IMG/VR virus record: IMGVR_UViG_3300033076_000745
Span: 1 to 50,972 of that record
DNA length: 50,972 nucleotides
Source: a virus
Lineage: Duplodnaviria; Caudoviricetes
Reading direction: 5' to 3' (one strand)
How positions within the stretch are numbered: position 1 is the first letter of the stretch; the number at the start of each line of letters is the position of its first letter. A program made the translations under genes and the position numbers. Shown here piece by piece: positions 1 through 10,375 of this stretch. The notes under the pieces are model-generated. The model had not been told where the DNA came from. It was given only the letters and a program-made list of their open reading frames with translations, and did no database searches.

Positions 1-6
1 AAATAA

Positions 7-1134
7 ATGGAAAAGTTACGTAAAGGTGTATTCCCCTTCATTATCGCATTATCAGCATTATCAGTTAGCTTATCGGCAGCCTTTTATTCAGTATCAGGTC
101 TCGGTAAGCTTTTTGCTGGTGCATCTACTCAAGTAATTATTATGGCTTCTTCTTTAGAGGTCTCTAAGTTAGTAATTGCTTCTCTTTTATACCAGTATTG
201 GGATAGTTTGAATAAGGTATTAAGAGCTTATCTATCTGTTGCCACTGTAATCCTTATGTTAATTACATCGATGGGTATTTACGGATTCTTATCTGGAGCA
301 TATCAAGAGACTGCTAATAGAGCAGGAACAGTTGATGCCCAGGTTGCTTTACTAGAAACTAAAAAAGCTAACTACGTAAGTCAAAGAGATTTGCTTACAA
401 AAGAGAAAGAAGGGTTAGTTACAAGTATGACAAGTTTACAGTCTGGATTAGCTAACAATAAGACTAGCTATGTAGATAAAAAAGGTAACCTAATACAATC
501 TAGTAGTTCAGCAGATAGACGATCTTTAGAAAAGCAATTAGATGCTTCTACAAGCAGACAGGAAAACCTTAATGCAAAATTAGATGATGTCAACAATAAG
601 ATCTTTGAACTAGATAATCAAATTGTAGAAGCTAAAACCGGTAGTGATATTGCTGCAGAATTAGGACCTCTTAAGTATATTTCCGGACTTACAGGAACTC
701 CAATGGACCAAATTGTTAACTACCTCCTATTGATTATAATCTTTGTATTTGATCCTTTAGCTATTTCATTAGTAATTGCTGCAAACTTTGCATTCGCTCA
801 ATTAAAACCAAAAGAAACTCTATACGAAGAGAAAGCGTACCATAATGAGTTTAAAGAGTGGGAAGAAGCAACAATACAAGACGGTTTAGAAGAAGAGAAA
901 CCTGCAGAGCCACAAGAAGAACCTATCAGATTAGAAGAAGAAAAGGTATTAGAAGAAGATTGGAAAATTGTAGATGAATCCGGAAAAGAAATTAAGGAAG
1001 TACCAGAGCAATTAAGAATAGTTAAGATACTACAGAAGACTCCTTCTAGAATGAGAGTAAAATACTCTAATGGACAAGAAGGTTGGGTAAGTAAGTCTGC
1101 TAAACCGGACGATAATTCTATCAGATATTTGTAA
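7..1134 (+). CDS. Membrane protein: N-terminal TM helices, long coiled coil, further TM helix, acidic linker, possible SH3b-like C-terminus
   Basis: Hydrophobic segments in aa ~10-95 and ~238-263, heptad-rich middle, C-terminal RVKYSNGQEGWVS. Confidence 0.6.
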   Translation: MEKLRKGVFPFIIALSALSVSLSAAFYSVSGLGKLFAGASTQVIIMASSLEVSKLVIASLLYQYWDSLNKVLRAYLSVATVILMLITSMGIYGFLSGAYQETANRAGTVDAQVALLETKKANYVSQRDLLTKEKEGLVTSMTSLQSGLANNKTSYVDKKGNLIQSSSSADRRSLEKQLDASTSRQENLNAKLDDVNNKIFELDNQIVEAKTGSDIAAELGPLKYISGLTGTPMDQIVNYLLLIIIFVFDPLAISLVIAANFAFAQLKPKETLYEEKAYHNEFKEWEEATIQDGLEEEKPAEPQEEPIRLEEEKVLEEDWKIVDESGKEIKEVPEQLRIVKILQKTPSRMRVKYSNGQEGWVSKSAKPDDNSIRYL

Positions 1135-1159
1135 GTCTGCGTTTTTTTTCATATCTTTA
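1129..1159 (+). promoter_or_regulatory. Bacteroidota-type -33/-7 promoter
   Basis: TTG-N20-TATCTTTA; CCGGA 47 nt upstream of the -7 TA. Confidence 0.7.
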
Positions 1160-1182
1160 AAGAATACATAAAAGTTATAATA

Positions 1183-1401
1183 ATGAGCAAAATAGAAGAG
1201 GCTATTGCCAAGAGGTTAATAGAAAGAGCTGATGTAGGCTTTCGGAAGTACGGTGTAACTATGGAGAGAGATGATCTCAACTTTTTAGACTGGTTAACAC
1301 ATTTACAGGAAGAATTATTAGATGCTGCGGTTTACGTAGAAAAATTAAAAGGTTATGCCCAAGAAAATACCACAACTAGTCAAGCTAGTACAGGAGAGTA
1401 A
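1183..1401 (+). CDS. Small all-alpha NTP pyrophosphohydrolase-like (MazG-fold) phage protein
   Basis: G..KYGVTM.RDDL...WL.HLQEELLDAAVY (EExxD) pattern. Confidence 0.5.
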   Translation: MSKIEEAIAKRLIERADVGFRKYGVTMERDDLNFLDWLTHLQEELLDAAVYVEKLKGYAQENTTTSQASTGE

Positions 1402-2287
1402 GATTAAACAAACTAGGGCTAATAAGCATATTTCATATAGTCAATTATCGAGTTTTGAAACATGTCCAAAGCAATGGTACTTGACTTATGTAAAGAACCT
1501 AGCTCCTTACAAACCTTCAATACATGCTGTCTTCGGTACAGCAATGCATGAAACTATACAGTCCTGGTTAGATGTTCTTTATAACGATACTATAAAGAAG
1601 GCTAATGAAATGGATTTACATAGCTTACTTCAAGAGAATATGGTGAAAGCCTATAAAGCTCAGAAAGTAATGTATAGTCATGAACACTTTTCAGATCAAA
1701 ACGAAATGAACTTATTCTATTTAGACGGAGTTCATATTCTAGATTTTTTAAAGAAAAAAAGAGTTCTTTATTTTTCTAATAAGAATACATACCTAGCAGG
1801 TATTGAAACCTTATTATATCAAGAATTAAGACCTGGTGTATTTTTTAAAGGATTGATTGATATTGTGCTCTACAACGAGACAGTAGATAAGTGGTATATT
1901 ATAGATTTAAAAACATCTACTTCAGGTTGGTCCGATTATGTAAAAAAGGATAATACCAAAATTGCTCAAGTACTTTTATACAAAGAGTTTTTTGCTAAGC
2001 AATTTAATATCGATATTGATAAAATCGAAGTAATTTATTATATCCTAAAAAGAAAAGTACCTGTAGAAGCTGAATTTGCTTCTATGCAGAGACGTATACA
2101 GGAATTTAAACCACCATCCGGAAAGGTAAAGAGAGGTGAAGCAGTATCGATGATGAATAAGTTTGTAAAAGAGACTTTAGACGAAGCAGGAAACTTTTTT
2201 GATAAAGATTTTCAAGCTACTCCATCTGAAAGTAGTTGTAGATTTTGCGTTTTTAGAAATAATCCTATTTGCCCACAAGGTGTTTAG
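1355..2287 (+). CDS. PD-(D/E)XK / Cas4-like (RecB-family) nuclease
   Basis: SYSQL..CP, GTAMHE, GLIDIV, IIDLKT, Q..LY motifs and C-terminal CRFC...C (4-Cys Fe-S pattern). Confidence 0.85.
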   Translation: MPKKIPQLVKLVQESKIKQTRANKHISYSQLSSFETCPKQWYLTYVKNLAPYKPSIHAVFGTAMHETIQSWLDVLYNDTIKKANEMDLHSLLQENMVKAYKAQKVMYSHEHFSDQNEMNLFYLDGVHILDFLKKKRVLYFSNKNTYLAGIETLLYQELRPGVFFKGLIDIVLYNETVDKWYIIDLKTSTSGWSDYVKKDNTKIAQVLLYKEFFAKQFNIDIDKIEVIYYILKRKVPVEAEFASMQRRIQEFKPPSGKVKRGEAVSMMNKFVKETLDEAGNFFDKDFQATPSESSCRFCVFRNNPICPQGV

Positions 2288-2299
2288 GTATTTTCTATA

Positions 2300-2307
2300 T
2301 ATTTATA
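2300..2307 (+). promoter_or_regulatory. TATTTAT(A) motif, candidate phage late promoter
   Basis: Intergenic, ~24 nt before ATG 2330; recurs before several other genes. Confidence 0.4.
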
Positions 2308-2329
2308 TATGTATATAATATTATAAGTT

Positions 2330-2518
2330 ATGAGTAATGGTTCAAAAAAACTAACAACAGTACAGTTGGAAGAAGATTTACTACAGCAGTTTAAATTTAC
2401 CTGTGTAAAATACAAATTTTCTTTTCAAAAGCTTGCTTCACGAGCGATTTTTCTTTATATTACAGATAAGGAGTTTCGAGATAAAATTCACGATCAAACA
2501 GAAACAAAAGTTAAATAA
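2330..2518 (+). CDS. Small ribbon-helix-helix-like DNA-binding protein
   Basis: KLTTVQL strand followed by two predicted helices, 62 aa. Confidence 0.45.
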   Translation: MSNGSKKLTTVQLEEDLLQQFKFTCVKYKFSFQKLASRAIFLYITDKEFRDKIHDQTETKVK

Positions 2519-2523
2519 GTTAC

Positions 2524-3978
2524 ATGCAAGAAAGAATTGGTTATTTAAAAAAAGAAGAGCGTAAGAAGATCTTACTTTTATGCGACGACATTAGAGTACA
2601 TTCAGGAGTTGGTACAATGGCAAAAGAGATTGTATTAGCTACTGCCCATCGTTACAACTGGGTAAATTTAGGAGCTGCAGTAGTTCATAAAGAAGAGGGT
2701 ACTATTATAGATTTGTCTGAAGATACTAGCAAAGAGACGGGTGTAGAAGATGCATCTGTTAAGATTTACCCAAGTACAGGGTATGGAGATCCTTTCAAGC
2801 TTCGTAAGTTATTAAAAGAAGAAAAGCCTGATGCTATTTTTATCTTTACAGACCCGAGATACTGGGTTTGGTTATTTGATATGGAACGAGAGATTAGATC
2901 TAAGATTCCAATCTTCTACTTAAACATCTGGGATAACTTCCCAGCTCCGATGTACAACAAACCTTACTATGAATCAGTAGACTTATTAATGGCAATCTCT
3001 AAACAAACTAAGTTAATTAATGAACTAGTATTAGGGGAGAAGGCTGAAGATAAGGTAATAAAGTATGTACCTCATGGAGTTAATGAAAAGTACTTTTTTC
3101 CTATCGACGAAAACTACGAAGATTGGAGTAAGTTTGTAGAGTTTAAGAAAGAAGTCTTTAAAGGTAAAGAGATTAACTACGTAGTCTTTTTTAATTCACG
3201 AAATATACATAGAAAGAAAGTAGAAGATTTAATCTTAGCTTATAGATTCTTCTGTGATAGTATTGGGGAAGAAGCCGCTAAAAAATGTGCTTTAGTTATG
3301 CATACTCAGGTAGTAGATCAGAACGGTACAGATTTAGCAGCAGTAAAAGAAGCTTTATGCGACCCTTCCTACGTAAATGTATTCTTCTCAGCTGACAGGT
3401 TAAACACAGCTCAAATGAATTTACTATACAATCTAGCAGACGTTACAGTACTACCTTCAGCTAACGAAGGATGGGGATTATCATTAACAGAATCTATGAT
3501 GGCTGGTACGATGATTATTGCTAACGTAACTGGAGGTATGCAAGATCAAATGAGATTCTCAAAAGACGGTAAATGGGTTGAACTTAGTAAAGATTTTCCT
3601 TCTAACCATAGAGGTACTGTTAAAGAATGTGGAGAGTGGGCTGTACCTGTATTCCCATCTAACTTATCCATTGTAGGATCTCCACAAACACCTTACATAT
3701 TTGATGATAGATGTTCACCTGAAGATTTATCACAGGCTATAGAAAAAGTCTATAACATGTCTCCTGAAGAAAGAGAGAAAAGAGGAGCATCAGGACGTGA
3801 GTGGGTTCTATCAGAAGAAGCGATGATGACATCTACTAATATGGGTAAAAATGTAATTACAGCAATAGACGAAACTTTTGAGAAGTTTAAACCTAGAGGT
3901 AAGTACGATATTATCCGAGTAGATAAATTAGATAAAAATTACATTCAACATAAATTAAGTAAATATAGTTATGAGTAA
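2524..3978 (+). CDS. GT-B glycosyltransferase (GT4-like)
   Basis: SGVG, YVPHGVN, RNIHRKK, YNLADV..LPSANEGWGLSLTESM motifs. Confidence 0.9.
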   Translation: MQERIGYLKKEERKKILLLCDDIRVHSGVGTMAKEIVLATAHRYNWVNLGAAVVHKEEGTIIDLSEDTSKETGVEDASVKIYPSTGYGDPFKLRKLLKEEKPDAIFIFTDPRYWVWLFDMEREIRSKIPIFYLNIWDNFPAPMYNKPYYESVDLLMAISKQTKLINELVLGEKAEDKVIKYVPHGVNEKYFFPIDENYEDWSKFVEFKKEVFKGKEINYVVFFNSRNIHRKKVEDLILAYRFFCDSIGEEAAKKCALVMHTQVVDQNGTDLAAVKEALCDPSYVNVFFSADRLNTAQMNLLYNLADVTVLPSANEGWGLSLTESMMAGTMIIANVTGGMQDQMRFSKDGKWVELSKDFPSNHRGTVKECGEWAVPVFPSNLSIVGSPQTPYIFDDRCSPEDLSQAIEKVYNMSPEEREKRGASGREWVLSEEAMMTSTNMGKNVITAIDETFEKFKPRGKYDIIRVDKLDKNYIQHKLSKYSYE

Positions 3979-5248
3979 GATAAAAGTCGTAGTTAGTTGC
4001 CCAGTTGATACTTATTCTGGGTATGGAGCTAGAGCAAGAGATTTTGTACAAGCCTTACTAGCAATAGAGAAATACGATGTACGTATCTTATCGCAACGAT
4101 GGGGCAATACTAGACAAGGTTATTTAGATGATCATCAGAGAGATGATTTATCAAGCTTAATCATACCACAGTTAACTTATGAACCAGACGTTTGGATTCA
4201 AATCACAGTACCTAATGAATTTCAAAGAGTAGGTAAGTATAACATTGGAGTAACTGCAGGTATAGAAACTACACTAGCTTCTCCTCAATGGGTTATGGGG
4301 TGTAATGTAATGGACTTAGTACTTACATCTTCTAAACATTCTAAGTTAGTATTTCAAGAAAGTAAGTACGATATGACAGATACTGCAAAAGGTATTACTC
4401 AGAAGATTGAAGTAAATAAACCAATTGAAGTTCTATTTGAAGGAGTGGATACAAATAAGTACCGTCCTTTAGAGCTGCCTGCAAAATTTAATATTAAAGA
4501 AGACGTTCCTGAGAATTTCTGCTTCTTAGCAGTAGGTCATTGGCTTCCGGGAGCTTTAGGACACGATAGAAAAAATATAGGACTCCTTGTAAGACTTTTC
4601 TTAGAAGCATTCAAGAACAAACCTAATCCACCTGCTCTTATTTTAAAAGTAAGTATGGTTACATCCTCAATTATTGATAGAAATAAGATCTTAAGTAACA
4701 TAGAAAAGATTAGAAGCGACGTTAAAGGTACGTTACCTAATATTTACCTACTTCATGGAGATTTGACAGATGAAGAGATGAACGAGCTTTATAATAATTC
4801 TAAAGTTAAAGCTATGGTTAGTTTAACAAAAGGAGAAGGATTTGGCAGACCTTTATTAGAATTCAGTGTAGTAAATAAACCTATTATAGCATCAGCTTGG
4901 TCTGGCCATATCGATTTCTTAGATAAAGATTTATCGATACTAGTAGGAGGTGAGTTAAAACCTTTGCATAAGAGTTCTATAGCAGAAGAAGTATTAGTAG
5001 AAGGTAGTAGCTGGTTCTTTCCTTATGATAACCATGCAATCACTGCAATGAAAGAGTTACATAAAAATTATGACAAGTATAGAGTTAATGCTAGAAAGTT
5101 AGGATATAAAAATAGAACTAACTTTAGCTTTGAGAAGATGGTAGAAACTCTAGATAACCTTTTATTAAAATACTTACCAGAGTTTCCTAAGCAAATAGAA
5201 CTTAAATTACCTAAATTAAATTTACCTAAATTAGAAAAAATAGATTAA
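3971..5248 (+). CDS. GT-B glycosyltransferase (GT4-like)
   Basis: SGYG, RKNIG, TKGEGFGRPLLE, WSGHIDFL motifs. Confidence 0.9.
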   Translation: MSKIKVVVSCPVDTYSGYGARARDFVQALLAIEKYDVRILSQRWGNTRQGYLDDHQRDDLSSLIIPQLTYEPDVWIQITVPNEFQRVGKYNIGVTAGIETTLASPQWVMGCNVMDLVLTSSKHSKLVFQESKYDMTDTAKGITQKIEVNKPIEVLFEGVDTNKYRPLELPAKFNIKEDVPENFCFLAVGHWLPGALGHDRKNIGLLVRLFLEAFKNKPNPPALILKVSMVTSSIIDRNKILSNIEKIRSDVKGTLPNIYLLHGDLTDEEMNELYNNSKVKAMVSLTKGEGFGRPLLEFSVVNKPIIASAWSGHIDFLDKDLSILVGGELKPLHKSSIAEEVLVEGSSWFFPYDNHAITAMKELHKNYDKYRVNARKLGYKNRTNFSFEKMVETLDNLLLKYLPEFPKQIELKLPKLNLPKLEKID

Positions 5249-5249
5249 T

Positions 5250-5699
5250 ATGGATACGTTAACAACTTGTAAAAGATGTGGTGGCAATGCTTGTTATGAA
5301 CAGCATATAGACGATAACACAAAGACATGGTTATGTATGGCTTGCGGATTTACTACTTCAACAGTAATGCAAGAAAGTGGAGCAGTAGTAAAAACAGCTG
5401 TAGAGTCTTCACCAGAGTTATATAAAGAGCTTAAATTTGTAGATGATACAAACCTAGCATGGCTTCCAGCAACGATTACTATCCCAGAAAAAGGAATGGT
5501 TTTCTTAGACGGTACCTCAAGTAAAGATTGGGTATGGGCAGGAGTACGAGCTATTAAGTTAACTCAAGAAGAGATTGATAGTAAGAAGTACCCTGAAGGT
5601 CATAACTTTAAGATGGATATGCAAAACTTAAAGAAGTTCGGACAAAGAGACTTTATGGATGCATTAGAGTATATTGGATTTTTTCAAGTAGAAATGTAG
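5250..5699 (+). CDS. Zn-ribbon protein
   Basis: CKRC...CMACGF. Confidence 0.55.
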   Translation: MDTLTTCKRCGGNACYEQHIDDNTKTWLCMACGFTTSTVMQESGAVVKTAVESSPELYKELKFVDDTNLAWLPATITIPEKGMVFLDGTSSKDWVWAGVRAIKLTQEEIDSKKYPEGHNFKMDMQNLKKFGQRDFMDALEYIGFFQVEM

Positions 5700-5700
5700 T

Positions 5701-6327
5701 ATGAAGATTAGTTACGCCATAACCGTTTGTAATGAGTATGAAGAGATTCAAAAACTCGTTACTTTTCTAAAAGAAAATAAGAGAGTACAAGATGAAGTAG
5801 TAATACTTTATGACCAGAAAAACGGTGATGAGCGAGTAGCCGAATGGCTGACTAAAATGAACATTTATCCTAATATTCAATTTTGGAGAGGGTTAGATTT
5901 TGATGGTCATTTTGCAAATTGGAAAAATAAACTAACAGAATATTGCTCTGGCGATTATATCTTTCAGATTGACGCTGATGAAATCCCTCATAAGTACTTA
6001 CTAGATAATCTTCCAAGTATATTAGAAGGAAATGATGATCTTGAAGTACTCTTAGTACCTAGAGTAAACACTGTAGAAGGTCTTACAATGGAGCATGTTA
6101 AGAAATGGGGATGGAAAGTTGACGTAGGTGGAAGAGTAAACTTCCCAGACTATCAATGGAGAGTTTGGAAGAATAAACCTGAGATTAAATGGGTTAATAA
6201 AGTACATGAAAGATTAGAAGGGTTTAAAACTTATGCAACTTTACCAGCATACGATAGTATGGCACTCTATCATCCAAAAGATATAGCTCGTCAAGAGAGA
6301 CAAAATAGTTATTACGAAACTTTATAG
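5701..6327 (+). CDS. GT2 glycosyltransferase
   Basis: ISYAITVCNE, FQIDADE, PDYQWR, VHE motifs. Confidence 0.9.
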   Translation: MKISYAITVCNEYEEIQKLVTFLKENKRVQDEVVILYDQKNGDERVAEWLTKMNIYPNIQFWRGLDFDGHFANWKNKLTEYCSGDYIFQIDADEIPHKYLLDNLPSILEGNDDLEVLLVPRVNTVEGLTMEHVKKWGWKVDVGGRVNFPDYQWRVWKNKPEIKWVNKVHERLEGFKTYATLPAYDSMALYHPKDIARQERQNSYYETL

Positions 6328-6329
6328 TT

Positions 6330-6632
6330 ATGAATATATACGTAGATATCGACGAAACGATATGTTATTACGAAGGAGAAAGAGAATACCAGTATGCAAT
6401 TGGTATTCCAGAGAACATAGAAAAAATTAATAAACTTTACGATGAAGGAAATACTATTACGTATTGGACCGCTAGAGGTACTGTACATAGAGATAGAATT
6501 CCGGAATACGAAGATTTAACTCTCTATCAACTAACTGCATGGGGTGCTAAATTCCACCACTTAATTGTAGGAGAAAAACCTGCTTACGATTTAATTATTT
6601 GTGATAAAAGTAGGAGAATTGAAGAAATTTAA
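6330..6632 (+). CDS. Minimal cap-less HAD phosphatase
   Basis: DIDET motif I, WTAR motif II, KP..D..ICDK motifs III/IV. Confidence 0.8.
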   Translation: MNIYVDIDETICYYEGEREYQYAIGIPENIEKINKLYDEGNTITYWTARGTVHRDRIPEYEDLTLYQLTAWGAKFHHLIVGEKPAYDLIICDKSRRIEEI

Positions 6633-6645
6633 TTACATTTAATAT

Positions 6646-7497
6646 ATGAAAAAGACTTACATCATTGCCGAGATTGGAATTAATCATAACGGTGATCTTA
6701 AAAACGCATTAAGACTTATTGATATTGCAGCCGCAGCAGGTTGTGATGCAGTTAAGTTTCAGAAAAGAAACCCAGACGTATGTGTACCAGAGCATCAGAA
6801 AAATGTAATGAGAGATACTCCATGGGGTCAGATGACTTACTTAGACTACAAGTATAAAGTAGAGTTTGAAAAAGCTGAATATGATGTGATTGATGCACAT
6901 TGTAAAGCTCATGGTATAGAATGGTCTGCATCACCTTGGGATATGGATTCTTTAGAGTTCTTAAATCAATACGATGTACCTTTCTTAAAAATACCATCAG
7001 CTATGTTGACAAATGATGAGTTATTAGAAGGATGTGTAGCATCTGGTAAACGAGTTATTTTCTCAACAGGTATGTCTACAAAAGAAGAGATTGATCATGC
7101 AGTAGGAGTATTACGTAGAGCTAAACTAGTTCATAAGAACCCTCATACAATTGGTCTACTACATTGTAATTCCACATATCCAGCTCCAATTAATGAATTA
7201 AATCTTTCTGGGATTAAGACATTAACTTATGAGTACCCTGATTTTGAAATCGGATATTCAGGTCATGAATTTAGATTAGGAACTACAGTAGCAGCTGTTT
7301 ATTTAGGAGCTTCTATCATCGAACGACATATTACTTTAGATAGACAAATGTGGGGTTCTGATCATTTAGCATCGGTAGAACCACAAGGACTTTTTAAACT
7401 TGTAAGTGGTATTAGAGAATTAGAAGAAGCTTTCGGCGACGGTGTTATACAAGTTACAGAATCAGAAAAACCAGTACGAGCTAAATTAAGAGGGTAA
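6646..7497 (+). CDS. neuB: N-acetylneuraminate/nonulosonate synthase (NeuB family), lacking the C-terminal antifreeze-like domain
   Basis: IIAEIGINHNG, DAVKFQKR, LLHCNSTYP, GYSGHE, IERHITLD..MWGSDH. Confidence 0.95.
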   Translation: MKKTYIIAEIGINHNGDLKNALRLIDIAAAAGCDAVKFQKRNPDVCVPEHQKNVMRDTPWGQMTYLDYKYKVEFEKAEYDVIDAHCKAHGIEWSASPWDMDSLEFLNQYDVPFLKIPSAMLTNDELLEGCVASGKRVIFSTGMSTKEEIDHAVGVLRRAKLVHKNPHTIGLLHCNSTYPAPINELNLSGIKTLTYEYPDFEIGYSGHEFRLGTTVAAVYLGASIIERHITLDRQMWGSDHLASVEPQGLFKLVSGIRELEEAFGDGVIQVTESEKPVRAKLRG

Positions 7498-8213
7498 TGT
7501 ATAAAGTAATTACAGACTTTCCAGTAGCAGTAGATTCACCAGATCATATATACCCACAGGGTACTAAGAATATATTAGGAGGACCTTACTATGAATGGGC
7601 AGATGGGTATAATCCGTTTGTAGATGAAGTTGTAGACTACTTTAAGAAACCTAAATTGAAAGTTTTAGATTTAGGAGCAGCTAGTGGTTACCTAGTATCT
7701 GATTTTTTAAGCAGAGGATGTCAGACAGTTGGACTAGAAGGAAGCGACTGGCCTATTGTAAACCTGGTAGAAAATTGGAATAACCTACATAATAAGAATT
7801 TATTTACTTGTGATATTAGTAAACCGTTTCAAATTTTAGAATCAGAAGAACAAGCTAAATTTGATCTGATAAACGCATGGGAAGTTATTGAACATATAGC
7901 TCCAGAGAATTTATCTACATTTGCAGATAATGTTTATAAGCATTTATCAGACGACGGTATTTTTGTATTTAGCTTATCTCCCTGGTTTGAACCTTCCAAA
8001 GTAGATAAGAAAACAAACCTACATCTTTCCCATGAAATAAAGTTAAAATCACAATGGAAAGAGATTTTTAAGAATTTTGAATTTGTTGGACCTTTATCTG
8101 AGAAATATGATAGTGGATACCATTATGTATTTAACCATAGATATAGAGGAAAAGTTAGACAGGAAGAAGGTGCTAACCATACTTTCTGGAGTACGTTGAA
8201 AAAAAGAAAATAA
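7497..8213 (+). CDS. Class I SAM-dependent methyltransferase
   Basis: VLDLGAASG motif I, FDLINAWEVIEHI. Confidence 0.85.
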   Translation: MYKVITDFPVAVDSPDHIYPQGTKNILGGPYYEWADGYNPFVDEVVDYFKKPKLKVLDLGAASGYLVSDFLSRGCQTVGLEGSDWPIVNLVENWNNLHNKNLFTCDISKPFQILESEEQAKFDLINAWEVIEHIAPENLSTFADNVYKHLSDDGIFVFSLSPWFEPSKVDKKTNLHLSHEIKLKSQWKEIFKNFEFVGPLSEKYDSGYHYVFNHRYRGKVRQEEGANHTFWSTLKKRK

Positions 8214-8902
8214 TGTTTGAAAAGTATAAAGGTAAGAACATATTGATCTTAGGAGGAGGTCAGTCTACTTTAGATACAAAGTGGGAAAACCTTCCGTACG
8301 ATTATTTATGGACTTGTAACGATTTTTATTTAGAACCTAGAGTATTAAACCAAGAGATTGATTTATATGTTCTAGCTTATACGACACCTTTGAAAGAAGA
8401 GAGGTTAATTAATAAACTAAAAGGAAGTAATACTACAGTACTATATGAGACTTCTCATTACAGACTTAAACAAACTACTTCTGGATTTCGAGATTTTAAA
8501 AATCAAATCGGAATCCCTGTTCATGAAACAGAACTTCAGTTTTTTAAAGAGACAACCCGACCAGCTTATAAATCTGGAGCCGCTTTTAGGTTAATACAGC
8601 TTGCTTTATCGACAGAAGCGAAGACAATCTACTTTGCAGGTTTTGATGGATTTAATAGAGAGTTTAGCAACATACATGCATTTACTAAACATAAAGGATT
8701 GAAACCAACAGATACCCGTCGAGATTTTGAAGGACATCCAATGTCTTATTTAAGTATATTTACAGATGCCTTCAACGTACTGAAAGGAGTAAAAGGTTAC
8801 GAACGATTACAGAATTTAGGAGAAGGTTTTGATTATAATTTAGGAACCCCTATCAGTAGAGAATTTTTCCCATTGACAGAAGAAACAAAACAGTTAATAT
8901 GA
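8213..8902 (+). CDS. Sialyltransferase-like protein (CstII/GT42-like)
   Basis: ILILGGGQS...WTCNDFY.E and KSG...ALS..AKTIYFAGFD parallel the CstII motifs IIAGNGPS, FRCNQFYFE and TSG...GYKEIYLSGID as recalled. Confidence 0.65.
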   Translation: MFEKYKGKNILILGGGQSTLDTKWENLPYDYLWTCNDFYLEPRVLNQEIDLYVLAYTTPLKEERLINKLKGSNTTVLYETSHYRLKQTTSGFRDFKNQIGIPVHETELQFFKETTRPAYKSGAAFRLIQLALSTEAKTIYFAGFDGFNREFSNIHAFTKHKGLKPTDTRRDFEGHPMSYLSIFTDAFNVLKGVKGYERLQNLGEGFDYNLGTPISREFFPLTEETKQLI

Positions 8903-9606
8903 AGGATATATCCGAAGTTGCATTCGTAGTACAAGCAAGACTTAATAGCCAAAGAGTACCACGTAAAATGGTAAAGCCATTTGCAAATACAAACTTGTTT
9001 GAATTGATTTTAGACAAGTTAACTCAATCTGACATTATACCTAGGAACAATATAGTAGCTTCGGTATATGAAGAAGAGCTGTCAGATATAGCAGCTCAAA
9101 AAGGAGTTTACGTATTTGGTAGAAGTTATGAATCAGCTAACAATGATAATAGTTTACAGAAGATTTATGAATGGCATAATAAATTACCACCTTGGTACAA
9201 GTATGTAGTCCTTATTTCTGGATGTAATCCACTACTCACCACACACACTATTGATTCTTTTGTCAGACAGTTTTTAGTTCAAGAAGAAGAAAATCTTTTT
9301 GCAGTTATAGAAAAGAAACAATATTACTGGAATAAAGAAGGAGCTTTAGTTACACCATGGCCTGAAGATCAGACTATTATGAATACTAAGGCAGTAGAAC
9401 CAACCTACGAAGCAGCTCACGTGTTGTATGCTTCTAGATTAGATCTTATCGCTGAAGATAGATTTATGGGAGATTTTCAAGCACCTGGTGGTATTAAGTT
9501 ATTTACAATGCCAGAATTAGAAGCATTTGATATTGATTATGACTGGCAATTTAAAGTAGGAGAAGTTTTATATAATGAATTCAGCAACACCAAGCATTTT
9601 AGCTAA
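8899..9606 (+). CDS. neuA: CMP-nonulosonate synthetase (acylneuraminate cytidylyltransferase)
   Basis: QARLNSQRVPRKM, CNPLL, FDIDYDWQF. Confidence 0.9.
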   Translation: MKDISEVAFVVQARLNSQRVPRKMVKPFANTNLFELILDKLTQSDIIPRNNIVASVYEEELSDIAAQKGVYVFGRSYESANNDNSLQKIYEWHNKLPPWYKYVVLISGCNPLLTTHTIDSFVRQFLVQEEENLFAVIEKKQYYWNKEGALVTPWPEDQTIMNTKAVEPTYEAAHVLYASRLDLIAEDRFMGDFQAPGGIKLFTMPELEAFDIDYDWQFKVGEVLYNEFSNTKHFS

Positions 9607-10375
9607 AATAAGATCCCAAGAAGATTCATTCGAAAGGATACAGCTTTTAAAAGACGCATATAAAGGAGAGACTGCATACTTAGTTACATGCGGTCCTTCT
9701 CTTTTATCTCACGATAGAGATACCTTAGTAGAAAAGTTAGAAGGTAAGTTAGTAATTGCTTGTAAGCAATCTTACGAGTATATAAAAGAAGTTGTAGATT
9801 TTCATTTACTCTCTGTATACAACTACCAGCCATATGAATACTTTTCCGAGAATACAATAAGACATTGGCAGCTGACTGCTATGAATGTTCAAGGAGAGTT
9901 AGACCGTATTCAACAGTGGGGACAACGTATAGATTTAGCTATACCGGTTTATTCAACACCGTGGATTACTAAAGATCAGACTACTGCCTATACTAGAAAT
10001 TTCGATAATTGGAAACTTTACGGTGAAGGTAAGCTGGTATGGGGACCAGGTATCATGTATGAATCAGGTTTTCCTTTAGCATTACATTTAGGTTGTAGAG
10101 ATATTGTTACGGTTGGATGGGATATTGGTGACTTAAGTAAATACCCTTCTAAGAACTTAATGGCAGTTGATACTAATTGGATAGATCAGCATGCTAAAGA
10201 TCTATATAAGGTTGACGTAGGTGGAGGACCGGAATATGAAGAGTTGTTACACACAATTGAATGTACGGATAAAATGTACGATTGGTTCTTGGAAAATCAA
10301 ATAAAAGTTCGTATATTGTCGGATAATAATCCTGCAGATAAAAGATTTGAACGCATAACTTTAGAGCAATTATGA
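9575..10375 (+). CDS. Maf/DUF115-like putative nonulosonate transferase
   Basis: AYLVTCGPSL, VIACK, LALHLGCRDIVTVGWD. Confidence 0.65.
   Translation: MNSATPSILAKIRSQEDSFERIQLLKDAYKGETAYLVTCGPSLLSHDRDTLVEKLEGKLVIACKQSYEYIKEVVDFHLLSVYNYQPYEYFSENTIRHWQLTAMNVQGELDRIQQWGQRIDLAIPVYSTPWITKDQTTAYTRNFDNWKLYGEGKLVWGPGIMYESGFPLALHLGCRDIVTVGWDIGDLSKYPSKNLMAVDTNWIDQHAKDLYKVDVGGGPEYEELLHTIECTDKMYDWFLENQIKVRILSDNNPADKRFERITLEQL

Noticed and set aside
1355-2287. Cas4-like gene as evidence of CRISPR-Cas
   Set aside because: No other cas genes and no repeat-spacer array seen; solo Cas4-like nucleases are common in phages.
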